Assembly: GCA_024958795.1 (NCBI GenBank)
Contig: JANXHP010000008.1
Location: 2,698-66,697 of the forward strand
Direction: 5' to 3'
Origin: Candidatus Poseidoniaceae archaeon
GTDB taxonomy: Archaea > Thermoplasmatota > Poseidoniia > Poseidoniales > Poseidoniaceae
DNA: 64,000 nucleotides
Every line of letters starts with the position of its first letter. Position 1 is the first letter of the stretch. The notes under the pieces were generated by a model that was given only the letters and a program-made list of their open reading frames with translations, was not told where the DNA came from and did not search any database. Made by a program: the position numbers and the translations under genes. Shown in pieces: positions 36,042 through 46,045 of the stretch.

Positions 36042-37781
36042 ATGAAGAATGAAGGATTAATTTACCGTATTTCCGGTCCAGTGGTTACCGCCATTGACAT
36101 GAAAGCGGCGATGTACGATGTTGTCCGTGTTGGTACGGAAGGACTGATGGGCGAAGTGATTGAATTACACGGCGATAAGGCTGTTATCCAAGTTTACGAG
36201 GATACATCTGGAATACGCCCTGGAGAAGTAGTAGTAAATACCGGTGAGACTTTATCAGTTTCACTTGGACCTGGTTTACTAACTCAAATCTATGATGGAA
36301 TTCAAAGACCTCTTCCTACACTTGAAAAAGAAATGGGTGTTTTCCTAACTCGTGGTGTAGATGCTGATGCATTTGACCTTGAGAAGATTTGGACCTTTGA
36401 GCCGCAAGTCTCTGTTGGAGATAGCGTCGTTGGAGGACAGGTTATTGGACACGTCCAAGAAACAGATACCATCGTTCACAAGATTATGGTCGTTCCAGGA
36501 AATGGTGGAGTGGTCAAGTCTATTGAATCCGGAGATTTCAATGTCACACAAACCATCTGCACTTTTGAAGATGGAACTGAAATGCAGATGATGCAAAAGT
36601 GGCCTGTACGAACTCCTCGCCCATATCAACAAAAGTATGCACCAGTTATTCCTCTTGTTACTGGAATGCGTATTCTTGATTTCCTTTTCCCACTGGCAAA
36701 GGGTGGCGCAGCAGGTATCCCTGGACCTTTCGGCTCTGGTAAGACAGTGACACAGCAATCTCTTGCAAAATATTCTGATGCACAACTGGTTGTTTACATC
36801 GGTTGCGGAGAGCGTGGAAATGAGATGACTGAAGTATTGGATGAATTCCCTCATCTAATCGACCCAAATACTGGAAAGCCATTGATGAACAGAACAGTGA
36901 TGATCGCAAATACATCAAATATGCCTGTTGCTGCACGTGAAGCTTCTGTGTACACAGGAATTACAATCGCTGAGTATTATCGTGACATGGGTTACGATGT
37001 TGCTCTAATGGCTGATTCAACATCTCGTTGGGCAGAAGCAATGCGTGAGATTTCCTCTCGTCTTGAAGAAATGCCTGGTGAAGAAGGTTATCCTGCTTAC
37101 CTATCAACTCGTATTGCTGAGTTCTATGAACGTGCAGGTCGTGTTGAGACATTGAATGGCGAAGACGGCTCCATTACTGTAATCGGTGCTGTATCGCCTC
37201 CTGGTGGTGACATTTCAGAACCTGTATCACAAGGTACACTTCGTATTGTCAAGGTTTTCTGGGGTCTAGATGCAGGTCTTGCAAGACAACGTCACTTCCC
37301 TGCGATTAACTGGTTGAATTCATATTCACTATACCCGCAGAGTCTTGACCAATGGTTTAGAGATAACATTGCACAAGATTTCCCAGAAGTTCGTATTGAA
37401 CTATCTGGATTGTTGCAAATTGAATCCGAGTTACAAGAAATTGTACAACTTGTTGGTTCTGATGCACTTCCGGTTGACCAACAATTGACTCTTGAAGTTG
37501 CTCGTATGATTCGTGAGTATTTCCTACAGCAAAACGGATTCCACGATGTAGATGCATATTGTGATATTCATTTACAATACAAGATGGCAAAGGCAATCTT
37601 AGCATTCCAAGAATCAGCTAAGTCCGCAATGGCATCTGGAGCACAACTTGGGGATGTTGTAAACGTCCCTTCACGTTCAGATCTAATGCGTGGTCGTTTA
37701 AACAAAGGATATGTCGACACTATCGATGACATGGTAAAAACCATGAACGATGAAATCGCTGCTACCGTGGAGGAGAACTGA
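36042..37781 (+). CDS. atpA: A-type ATP synthase catalytic subunit A
   Basis: Walker A is GPFGSGKTV. Other motifs are [16 protein letters not shown] and [18 protein letters not shown]. The ORF is 579 aa with no intein. Confidence 0.97.
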   Translation: MKNEGLIYRISGPVVTAIDMKAAMYDVVRVGTEGLMGEVIELHGDKAVIQVYEDTSGIRPGEVVVNTGETLSVSLGPGLLTQIYDGIQRPLPTLEKEMGVFLTRGVDADAFDLEKIWTFEPQVSVGDSVVGGQVIGHVQETDTIVHKIMVVPGNGGVVKSIESGDFNVTQTICTFEDGTEMQMMQKWPVRTPRPYQQKYAPVIPLVTGMRILDFLFPLAKGGAAGIPGPFGSGKTVTQQSLAKYSDAQLVVYIGCGERGNEMTEVLDEFPHLIDPNTGKPLMNRTVMIANTSNMPVAAREASVYTGITIAEYYRDMGYDVALMADSTSRWAEAMREISSRLEEMPGEEGYPAYLSTRIAEFYERAGRVETLNGEDGSITVIGAVSPPGGDISEPVSQGTLRIVKVFWGLDAGLARQRHFPAINWLNSYSLYPQSLDQWFRDNIAQDFPEVRIELSGLLQIESELQEIVQLVGSDALPVDQQLTLEVARMIREYFLQQNGFHDVDAYCDIHLQYKMAKAILAFQESAKSAMASGAQLGDVVNVPSRSDLMRGRLNKGYVDTIDDMVKTMNDEIAATVEEN

Positions 37782-37793
37782 GGGGGAATTATC

Positions 37794-39173
37794 ATGACTG
37801 GAAAGGAATATAGAACAATTACAGACGTCAAGGGACCTCTAGTTTTCTTGAATAAGACTGAACCTGTTGCATTTGGTGAAATCGTTTCTCTACGATTGTC
37901 CAATGGAACTGTAAAGAACGGACAAGTTCTTGATACATCTAACGATTTAGTTATCGTACAAGTGTTTGAAGGAACTGCAAAGATTGACAGAGAGGCTGGT
38001 GTAACATTCTTAGGGGATGTTTTCAAACTCCCTGTTTCAACTGATTTAGTCGGGCGTATTCTCGATGGTGCAGGAAGACCTCGTGATGGTGGACCAGATA
38101 TCGTTGCAGAAAAGTACGACGATATTATCGGAGCAGCTATCAATCCGTTCAGCCGTCGTAGCCCACACGATTTCATTCAAACTGGAATCTCCGCTATTGA
38201 CTGTTGCACTTCATTAGTTCGTGGACAAAAGTTGCCGATTTTCTCAGCATCAGGTCTACCGCACAATGATATTGCATTGCAAATTGCTCGTCAAGCGAAG
38301 TTGACAGGTTCTGATGAAGAGTTCGTAGTAGTATTCTGTGCTATGGGAATTACTGCTGAAGAATACAATTTCTTCCGTGCAGATTTGGAGAGAACTGGTG
38401 CGCTTGAAAAGGCGGTATTATTCGTTAACTTAGCGGATGACCCTGCTGTTGAGCGTATTATTACCCCTCGTCTTGCTTTGACCGCTGCAGAATACCTTGC
38501 ATTCGAAAAGGATTACCACGTACTGGTTATCTATACTGATATGACAAATTATTGTGATGCTCTGCGTCAAATTGGTGCAGCTCGTGAAGAAGTACCTGGA
38601 CGTCGTGGTTATCCTGGATATATGTACACTGATTTAGCAATGCTTTACGAGCGTGCGGGATTGATTAAGGGTAAGAAGGGTTCAATCACTCAATTCCCTA
38701 TTCTAACAATGCCTGGAGACGATATTACTCACCCGATTCCTGACTTGTCTGGATATATTACTGAAGGACAAGTGGTTATTTCTCGTGAATTACATCAGCA
38801 AGGTATCTATCCGCCGATCAACGTACTACCTTCATTGTCCCGTCTAATGGGTTCCTGTATTGGAGAGAAGACAACTCGTGAAGACCACAAGTCTGTTTCC
38901 GACCAAATGTATGCTGCATATGCTCAAGGCCGTGAATTACGCGGTCTAGTTGCAATTGTTGGTGAAGATGCACTCAATGAACGTGATAAGCAACTTCTAG
39001 ATTTCTCAGGTGTATTTGAGGATAAGTTCCTTCGCCAATCTCGTGATGAAGATCGCAGTATTGATGAAACACTTGACTTATGTTGGACTTTGATGTCTGC
39101 AATTGATACCAAGTACCTAGTACGTTTGGACCAAAAGTGGATTGACAAGTATCATCCTGACAACAGGAAGTGA
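37794..39173 (+). CDS. atpB: A-type ATP synthase subunit B
   Basis: Motifs seen: [16 protein letters not shown] and [21 protein letters not shown]. The ORF is 459 aa. Confidence 0.97.
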   Translation: MTGKEYRTITDVKGPLVFLNKTEPVAFGEIVSLRLSNGTVKNGQVLDTSNDLVIVQVFEGTAKIDREAGVTFLGDVFKLPVSTDLVGRILDGAGRPRDGGPDIVAEKYDDIIGAAINPFSRRSPHDFIQTGISAIDCCTSLVRGQKLPIFSASGLPHNDIALQIARQAKLTGSDEEFVVVFCAMGITAEEYNFFRADLERTGALEKAVLFVNLADDPAVERIITPRLALTAAEYLAFEKDYHVLVIYTDMTNYCDALRQIGAAREEVPGRRGYPGYMYTDLAMLYERAGLIKGKKGSITQFPILTMPGDDITHPIPDLSGYITEGQVVISRELHQQGIYPPINVLPSLSRLMGSCIGEKTTREDHKSVSDQMYAAYAQGRELRGLVAIVGEDALNERDKQLLDFSGVFEDKFLRQSRDEDRSIDETLDLCWTLMSAIDTKYLVRLDQKWIDKYHPDNRK

Positions 39174-39198
39174 ATTTACTAACAATAATTGAAGGGAG

Positions 39199-39825
39199 GT
39201 GAAAGTTATGGCACTTGATATTAAACCAACACGCAGTGAACTTATCAAGCTCAAGGGGCGCATTAAGCAAACTAAAAATGGGTATAAACTTCTCAAGATG
39301 AAGCGTGATGGTCTTTTCCATGAATTCCGTAAACTATTATCTGAAATGATTGAAGCAAAGCGTGACCTTACCGACACTTATCGTCTAGCAAAGCAACGTA
39401 TTGACTTAGCTAATGCGATAGAAGGTGGTTTGGCTGTACGTGCTGCGGCAATAGCCAATACAGCAACTCCACAAGTTGAAGTTGAGCGCCGAAACATCAT
39501 GGGTGTTGTAGTTCCAAGTGTAAGTGGAAGTAATTTGAAATCAACATTCTCTGAAAGAGGTGTTGGATACATTGGTTCTTCACCATATATCGATGAGGCT
39601 AGTGATTCCTTTGGTAATTTAATTGAGAAGATTGTTCGTGCTGCAGAAATGGAAGGTACACTGAAAAGATTACTTTCAGAAATTGAAGCAACAAAGAGGA
39701 GAGTCAATGCACTTGAATTCAAGGTAATCCCTGAATTGGAAGAAGCAAGAGTTTTCATTCAACTTCGTCTTGAGGAAATGGAAAGAGAAGAAACCTTCCG
39801 TTTGAAGAGATTCAAGAACAAGTGA
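39199..39825 (+). CDS. atpD: A-type ATP synthase subunit D
   Basis: IKPTRSELIKLKGRIKQTKNGYKLLKMKRDGL is the typical subunit D N-terminus. The ORF is 208 aa. Confidence 0.95.
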   Translation: MKVMALDIKPTRSELIKLKGRIKQTKNGYKLLKMKRDGLFHEFRKLLSEMIEAKRDLTDTYRLAKQRIDLANAIEGGLAVRAAAIANTATPQVEVERRNIMGVVVPSVSGSNLKSTFSERGVGYIGSSPYIDEASDSFGNLIEKIVRAAEMEGTLKRLLSEIEATKRRVNALEFKVIPELEEARVFIQLRLEEMEREETFRLKRFKNK

Positions 39826-39920
39826 ATACTTTTCACTGATATCTTCACTTCAGTTGAGGCTGTGTGAGGGATTGATTGAAGACGGAGTGGTGTTGAGCGT
39901 TATCTTGAGGTGGCTGTTGC

Positions 39921-42467
39921 ATGAACGATGATGATGATTCAACAGTTGACCTTGAACAGATGGATGCTCATAAGAAATCATGGGACCAGTATGCTCTTTT
40001 AGCAAATATTCTAGAGCGAGAATATTACTTGATTGAACAAGTTGGAGGTCGATGGCCAAGTTGGATAATCGATGTAAAACAAGATAGAGATGTCCACGAG
40101 TCTTTGAAAAAAGTCAATCATCATTTGGACAAACTTGGATGGATGGTGAGACTAACTGAGGACGAACCTTGGTTAGTAACCATTCTACCAGTTCCAGATA
40201 GACAGTTTCCTCCGAGAACTATGCATTATTTCTTGTGGGCAATGACTGCATTAACAGCTACTTTAGCAGGATCAATATGGATAGAAAACTCATCTCCTTC
40301 CGAAGGTTGGTTCGGTCATGGGCTATTCATTGATTCATTTATTGGGTTTACATTACCAGTCCTAGCAACACTATTTATTGCATCAGTAATTCAGGTAAAA
40401 GCTGCAGCAAAACAGGGCCTTAGAGTAGGACATATTGCTCCAATTCCAGATATTTCAATTGCATTTTGGTCGGTAGGATTGTTTTCACCATCATCATTAA
40501 TTTGGCCTTTTGGCCTATTACTAATTTCATCATTACCTCGTATGAGTTCACGCCCATGGGACAATAGAGCGCAATTAGGGACGATCTCACTAATTGTACC
40601 ATCAATAATGATATGTAGCGGTTTTGTATTGTGGGCCATTGGACTATTTTTGACTCCAGAATTAGTAAATTTGATATCAGCGCCACGCTCTATAGAACCG
40701 CCATTGATTGTTGAATTAATTGCAGTTGCATTTTTTGATGATATCCATATTAGACTTGCTTGGGCACATCCATTGGCAAAAGCAGGTTCAGTTCTAACAT
40801 TCTTTGGCTGGGTTTCGCTATTACCAATTCCGACATTCCCAGGTGGAAGATTGATGGTTTCTCGCCTTGGTTCAGTGATGGCTAGAAATTCTGGCACCCA
40901 AGTTAGGTTATTCTTTGTAATTCTAATATTCGCTTGGCTGTTCAATGCCTTTGATGGGTTTTCAGTTTGGACTCTCGTACTCGTTTTAATACTGCCATTC
41001 TTGTATTATTTGGGTGGAGAGCCAAGGATACCAATTATCTTGGATGAGCCAGCAGGATTAGATGTCAAAACAGAAAAGAGACTTGGCATTTTCTTTTTCT
41101 TATTTTTCATGTTAGCATTGCCAAGTCAATCTCCAGTATTATTGCAAGATGAGTGGCAATCGCCATTGGAATTCCAATTTGATGAAATTGAGGCAGCATC
41201 AATAGGAGATGATGGTGTCTGGATGACCAATTTGACAATTCAAGTTGTCAATCCTTCATTTGTTGAACAATCTTACGCAATAGATGTGATTAGAGATGGA
41301 GGGCAATCAATTGGTGAATGGCAATATGAATGGAATTGCAAAGGGGAAGATAAACTAGATGTCAATGGATTTGGATGCGGTGAAGACTTGTTGCCAGGAA
41401 GAGTTGCAACATTTGCTTTGAATATTAGTTGGAGTCACCCAGACCATTCTCCAATGGGCGAAAATTTCTCTTTGGTATTGTGGACTGAGGAGGGCTACAA
41501 ATTGCAAACCCTCCAAGTTAGTCCAGCCTTAGCAGTTTATCCAATTTCTGATTGGAGTATTGTTGAGGATAATGGTGAAATAAAACGCTGTATCAAAATA
41601 CTTGGAAATCTAGGTCCAGATGATTCATTACTGGTCAACTTCCCTAATGAAAACACAGCTTTTACTACTGAAACAAGGTTGTATTGGATTGAAGGGCAAA
41701 CCGATATGAATGCCAATTTGAGTGAAATGCCCGATGAGATTTGCGTTATTGGACTTGATCCAATTATTTTGAGAGCATGGGATCTAAATCATATTTCAAT
41801 AAATGGTAATATTTTCGCAGGTACGATGCCAGCAAAGCCATTGACGGCAATAGTTCCACATGATGGTTGGAGATTATTCAGTGATGAATTACGTGGATTT
41901 GGTGCTGAATTTTCTATTGGCGGACTACTTACACAAGGAGAACAATGTCCAATTGACTCCCATATTAGCACACCTCCAAGCCCATTGGATGGAGAGTGGA
42001 TATGGGATATGAGTGTAAGGGACGCTGGACAAGTTCCATTGATTGAAAATGAGACAAATTTGACATTATTGATGGAAGATGGAACAAATGTAAGTCTCTG
42101 TCAAAATCAGTTAAATCCAAACCCTCAAATGACTTTTGCAGTAGAACAAGGTCCTGAATTGATATTAGTTCGTTCAAATATCAACTATCGATTATGGACT
42201 AATATTTGGGCTGCAGCGATAAATGGAACTCTAATTGCATCAAATAGCATTTCCACATTCTCCTTCTATAATCCTTCAAACATTTCAGTTCCAGTAATGG
42301 TAACGCATGAGGGAAGTGGTTCACAATGGCAAATAATTAACAGTTCAGCAACACTTGAACAAGGCTTGACTGAATACAATTTTGCACCATCAAATAGTAC
42401 ATTTTCAACAATGTGGATTAGTCACCAAGATGGTAGTGTAGTGATTCATTTAGGAAGTTATATCTGA
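39921..42467 (+). CDS. Site-2-protease (M50)-like polytopic membrane protein lacking zinc ligands, fused to a ~430-aa extracytoplasmic C-terminal domain
   Basis: The architecture is M50-like: an N-terminal soluble domain followed by a TM core. SLLPIPTFPGGRLM sits in place of the NxxPxxxLDGG motif. ...IASVIQVKAAAKQGL... sits in place of HExxH-x3-A-x2-G. The C-terminal half is rich in sequons. Confidence 0.55.
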   Translation: MNDDDDSTVDLEQMDAHKKSWDQYALLANILEREYYLIEQVGGRWPSWIIDVKQDRDVHESLKKVNHHLDKLGWMVRLTEDEPWLVTILPVPDRQFPPRTMHYFLWAMTALTATLAGSIWIENSSPSEGWFGHGLFIDSFIGFTLPVLATLFIASVIQVKAAAKQGLRVGHIAPIPDISIAFWSVGLFSPSSLIWPFGLLLISSLPRMSSRPWDNRAQLGTISLIVPSIMICSGFVLWAIGLFLTPELVNLISAPRSIEPPLIVELIAVAFFDDIHIRLAWAHPLAKAGSVLTFFGWVSLLPIPTFPGGRLMVSRLGSVMARNSGTQVRLFFVILIFAWLFNAFDGFSVWTLVLVLILPFLYYLGGEPRIPIILDEPAGLDVKTEKRLGIFFFLFFMLALPSQSPVLLQDEWQSPLEFQFDEIEAASIGDDGVWMTNLTIQVVNPSFVEQSYAIDVIRDGGQSIGEWQYEWNCKGEDKLDVNGFGCGEDLLPGRVATFALNISWSHPDHSPMGENFSLVLWTEEGYKLQTLQVSPALAVYPISDWSIVEDNGEIKRCIKILGNLGPDDSLLVNFPNENTAFTTETRLYWIEGQTDMNANLSEMPDEICVIGLDPIILRAWDLNHISINGNIFAGTMPAKPLTAIVPHDGWRLFSDELRGFGAEFSIGGLLTQGEQCPIDSHISTPPSPLDGEWIWDMSVRDAGQVPLIENETNLTLLMEDGTNVSLCQNQLNPNPQMTFAVEQGPELILVRSNINYRLWTNIWAAAINGTLIASNSISTFSFYNPSNISVPVMVTHEGSGSQWQIINSSATLEQGLTEYNFAPSNSTFSTMWISHQDGSVVIHLGSYI

Positions 42468-42476
42468 GGTGAAATT

Positions 42477-43403
42477 ATGAAGATTTCTATTTTGGGTACA
42501 GGTTCAATCGGAACATTATTCGCAGCTATATTTTCTCGTTCCGAACACGAAATCCACCTTCACGGGCGCGGTGAACATCTAGCGATGATTGCTACAAATG
42601 GGATTGATGTTATCGGAGAAGAATCATTTTCTGTTAGTAGTCAAAGATTTGAGTTAACCTTTGATGAGGCTGGAATCCCTAGTCATTATGATGGTAGTTC
42701 TGATGTAGTTATTGTTGCAGGTAAAGCACGTTCAATTGATCCCCTAAGTAAAATAGCTGCAAAATTAATCAAATCCGATGGTATTGCTTTCGCCATTACC
42801 AATGGATTAGGTAATGCCGAGAGACTATCTCATGAACTTGGAATTCATAGAGTAGTATATGCTTCAACGACTCACGGAGCAAATATTCCAAATGCTTCAA
42901 CAGTGGAATGGGCGGGGAAGGGACAATTGAATCTTGCAATATCAACAAAATCACAAAGTGAAAAATTGAACTCTTTCTGCGATAGTATTGCCGGTACCGG
43001 AATAAATTGTGAAATCAGAGAGGACGGTCGCAGTATGGTTTGGAATAAAGTTTTGATAAATATTGCAATTAATCCACTAGCAGCATTAGCCGGTGTAAAA
43101 AATGGAGACTTGTTGGAAACAGAAATGTTTGCAAATGCTGTTTTTACTATGATAGAAGGTGCCAATGTTGCTAGAGCAGAACAGATAGATGTAGGGACAA
43201 ACCAGCAATTGGAAGAGGTGCTAAGGCATGTATTAGTATCAACATCTTCAAACTCCTGTAGTATGCTCGAAGATTTAAAGGAAGGAAGAACTACCGAAAT
43301 TTCAGTTCTAAATCGTGAAATCGTTAACAGAGGTGAAAAACTCGGTATTAGGACTCCATTGAACAATATGCTTGCATCAATTATTGAACTGATTACTCCT
43401 TGA
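42477..43403 (+). CDS. panE: 2-dehydropantoate 2-reductase (ketopantoate reductase)
   Basis: MKISILGTGSIGTLFA is a Rossmann motif. The ApbA/PanE pattern is present (NGLGN, WNKVLINIAINPL, SMLEDLKEGRTTE). Confidence 0.85.
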   Translation: MKISILGTGSIGTLFAAIFSRSEHEIHLHGRGEHLAMIATNGIDVIGEESFSVSSQRFELTFDEAGIPSHYDGSSDVVIVAGKARSIDPLSKIAAKLIKSDGIAFAITNGLGNAERLSHELGIHRVVYASTTHGANIPNASTVEWAGKGQLNLAISTKSQSEKLNSFCDSIAGTGINCEIREDGRSMVWNKVLINIAINPLAALAGVKNGDLLETEMFANAVFTMIEGANVARAEQIDVGTNQQLEEVLRHVLVSTSSNSCSMLEDLKEGRTTEISVLNREIVNRGEKLGIRTPLNNMLASIIELITP

Positions 43404-45051
43404 CTAGATCTTGATTGAAATGAAGTCCACAGTTTTCCTTTCTTGCGATAGCATCTTTGGTAACAAGTTGACCTACTAATATTAGATTTCTCAATTCAAT
43501 AATTGATCGAGTAGGTATTGATTCTCTCCATAACCTATCCACTTCATGTCCTAGCAATTCCAGTCGTCTAGCAGCTCTGTTTAATCGACTAAACCGTCTA
43601 ACAATTCCTACTTCTTGTGACATAGTTCGTCTTAATTCATTTTTGTCATGAACAACTGGTGCGTGTTCAGAAAGGTTATTGAGACCATCCGCCCTCCATT
43701 TTGGCAATTCCTTTTGATGATTTGTTGGTGGATTAGAGATAATATGCTCGGCTGCCCTTGCTGCATAAACTACAGCTTCTAACAAACTGTTTGAAGCCAA
43801 TCGATTTGCACCATGCATTCCAGTACACGCAACCTCACCAATTGCATATAAATGTGGGAATATTTCACCATTTTCTCTAACAAGAGGGCGTCCGAGGTCA
43901 TCTACTTCTAGGCCGCCTACTACATAATGGGCGGCAGGGGAGATTGGTAGAGGGTCATGTCCAAGTTTCAAACCATGTCTTTTCAATCTCGAACTAATAT
44001 TTGGAAAATGTGAGTTTAGAAGAGTTTCATCTAAGTGTGAAGTTATGAGGTAAACATGTGGCTTTCCTGTGATTTTTAATTGTTTATCGATTGCTCTAGC
44101 AACGATATCACGTGTTGCCATAGACCCCATTGATGAATGCTTTAGTGTGAAAGAATATTGTTCAGGGGACGTGATTACACCATCTTCCTTGCATTGTTGT
44201 TGCCATTTGTCTAGGCCTTCATCATCAAGGATTACTCCTCCTTCTCCACGCATCGCTTCTGTGATTAAGAATGGCCTATCACTTTTAGTTGCTAATGCAG
44301 TAGGATGAAATTGAATATATGCGAGGTTTTTCACCTTTGCACCTGCTCTATAAGCCATCGCCAAACCATCACCAGTAGCGACCTTTGGGTTGGTTGTTTG
44401 GTGCCATAGTTGTCCAAAACCTCCAGTTGCTAAGATTAAGATGTCTGAATGTACAGTCATTACTTCTTGGGTATTCTGGTCTAAGCACCAAACACCTGCT
44501 ATGCCAGCATTAGGGTTTCCATGTTCTGCCTGGATTAGGTCAATTGCTAAATTATTAGGCATTAATTCAATATTTTCATGCTGCTCAGCAGTTTGGCTAA
44601 GAGCCCTTTCAATCTCTTTTCCAGTAGCATCCTTGGAGTGCAATATACGCCTATTAGAGTGACCACCTTCTTTAGCCAAATGGAACTCTCCCTCAGCATT
44701 CTTTTCAAAATTGACACCAATATCTAACAGGTCTTGAATTCTATCACTCGCCTCGTTGATGACACTATTAACAACTGAAACATCACATTGACCATCTCCA
44801 CATTTCAAAGTGTCTTCAATGTGAGACGTAAGTCCAATTCCGTCTGTTTTGTCAAGGATTGCAGCAATTCCTCCTTGGGCCCAATTTGTTGAAGAATCAA
44901 TAGGCCTTTGTTTGGTAATTACTTTGACAAAATTCCCAGCATTCGCAAGACGAATGGCGCAAAATAATCCGGCGATTCCACTACCGATAATAACGATTTG
45001 AGAAGCGCCACTCGTCCTCATTAGTGTTGCCACAACTCTACACTTATTCAC
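43393..45051 (-). CDS. nadB: L-aspartate oxidase
   Basis: The FAD-binding segment is IVIIGSGIAGL. The pattern is NadB/fumarate-reductase flavoprotein-like (WAQGGIAA, HPTAL, RGEGG, GANRLASNSLLE), with no Fe-S or membrane partners nearby. The start may be the Met at 45021. Confidence 0.85.
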   Translation of the reverse strand: MNKCRVVATLMRTSGASQIVIIGSGIAGLFCAIRLANAGNFVKVITKQRPIDSSTNWAQGGIAAILDKTDGIGLTSHIEDTLKCGDGQCDVSVVNSVINEASDRIQDLLDIGVNFEKNAEGEFHLAKEGGHSNRRILHSKDATGKEIERALSQTAEQHENIELMPNNLAIDLIQAEHGNPNAGIAGVWCLDQNTQEVMTVHSDILILATGGFGQLWHQTTNPKVATGDGLAMAYRAGAKVKNLAYIQFHPTALATKSDRPFLITEAMRGEGGVILDDEGLDKWQQQCKEDGVITSPEQYSFTLKHSSMGSMATRDIVARAIDKQLKITGKPHVYLITSHLDETLLNSHFPNISSRLKRHGLKLGHDPLPISPAAHYVVGGLEVDDLGRPLVRENGEIFPHLYAIGEVACTGMHGANRLASNSLLEAVVYAARAAEHIISNPPTNHQKELPKWRADGLNNLSEHAPVVHDKNELRRTMSQEVGIVRRFSRLNRAARRLELLGHEVDRLWRESIPTRSIIELRNLILVGQLVTKDAIARKENCGLHFNQDLVKE

Positions 45052-45099
45052 GCCATCGGTTGCGATAGCACTATGACTTAGGTGTGAATAAAGAGGTAC

Positions 45100-45870
45100 A
45101 TGGCGGGGTTGAGAAGGAAGATTGCAACCATGTTTGGTGTTGCAATCTTGGTCTTTGTTTTCGCAAATGTCCAGCTAGGTATTGTTGCACCAGCTGCAAT
45201 AGATGGAGCGCCCAATTCAAAAATTGATGTATTGAAAATGACTGAGCCGCATTGTTCCTTTGATGAGATTTCAGATAATCTCAAAGATGGCGGTCAAAGT
45301 TATTGCATAGGCTCAACCGGTGATTGGGATGGTGCAGATTTAATCATGTTTTTAGAGGGTTTAGTGCTAATTTTTGCGGGGAGATTTAAATTGCCTAAAG
45401 GAGCTGGATGGATGCAAAGATCTAGGAAACTCGCTATGGCCACTGGAGGAGTGCTATTCTTTCTTGCAGTTCTCGACAGATTACTGTTATTGCCAACACC
45501 TGCCAATTCAACAGGATTAGCAGAATTAATGCCAATCAATGTCTCACCATGGATGATCCAAATAGGTATTGCAATTATTGGAGCAGCATTATTGCGAGGA
45601 CCAAAATATTGGGACTCTGAAGCCCAGCAAATCACACAAACTTCAATTGAAAGAAGAAGAGTGGTAGCAGACCAATTTAGGTCAACTTTCAATCAGCACC
45701 CAACTGCAGTAGAAGGTGATTCAGTTTCATTATCAAGAACTTCCAAATTATTGAGAAATGACCACAATTTGTTAATGCAAAAGTCAAGATATGGGGTAAA
45801 GGTATTTGCTACGTGTCCATATTGCGCTGGTGCTGGATGTAATAAATGTGGAAAAAGAGGCATACTGTGA
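45100..45870 (+). CDS. Membrane protein with C-terminal DnaJ-type zinc-finger motif
   Basis: It has about four hydrophobic helices. The C-terminus is CPYCAGAGCNKCGKRG, which reads as CxxCxGxG followed by a CxxC. Confidence 0.55.
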   Translation: MAGLRRKIATMFGVAILVFVFANVQLGIVAPAAIDGAPNSKIDVLKMTEPHCSFDEISDNLKDGGQSYCIGSTGDWDGADLIMFLEGLVLIFAGRFKLPKGAGWMQRSRKLAMATGGVLFFLAVLDRLLLLPTPANSTGLAELMPINVSPWMIQIGIAIIGAALLRGPKYWDSEAQQITQTSIERRRVVADQFRSTFNQHPTAVEGDSVSLSRTSKLLRNDHNLLMQKSRYGVKVFATCPYCAGAGCNKCGKRGIL

Positions 45871-46045
45871 GTTGTTGTTGAATAGAAAATCACAATTTTT
45901 TGACTAATAATATTTGCTTTTGGCTTTTTTTATTTGGTATTCAAAAGCGCTTCACTGAACCTTGAGAAAGGGATTGTTTAATACCTGTCGCGATTGGGTG
46001 TTTGAAATAAGGTCGGGGCGAAATTCTCGACAAAGAGGGATAGGG

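Noticed and set aside
37568-38176. 202-aa minus-strand ORF spanning the atpA/atpB junction
   Set aside because: It overlaps two unambiguous, highly conserved ATPase genes on the opposite strand, and its translation has no recognisable motif. The same reasoning applies to 8385-9005 (antisense to aroC), 40391-40945, 42872-43366 and 47317-47892.
45962-46045. 28-aa N-terminal extension of SMC (track start 45962, TTG)
   Set aside because: Canonical SMC proteins begin M-x-L/I-K-x-L/I-E-L-x-x-F-K-S, which is exactly what the ATG at 46046 gives (MYLKALEVCNFKSFKG). The upstream part is an alternative-start artefact.
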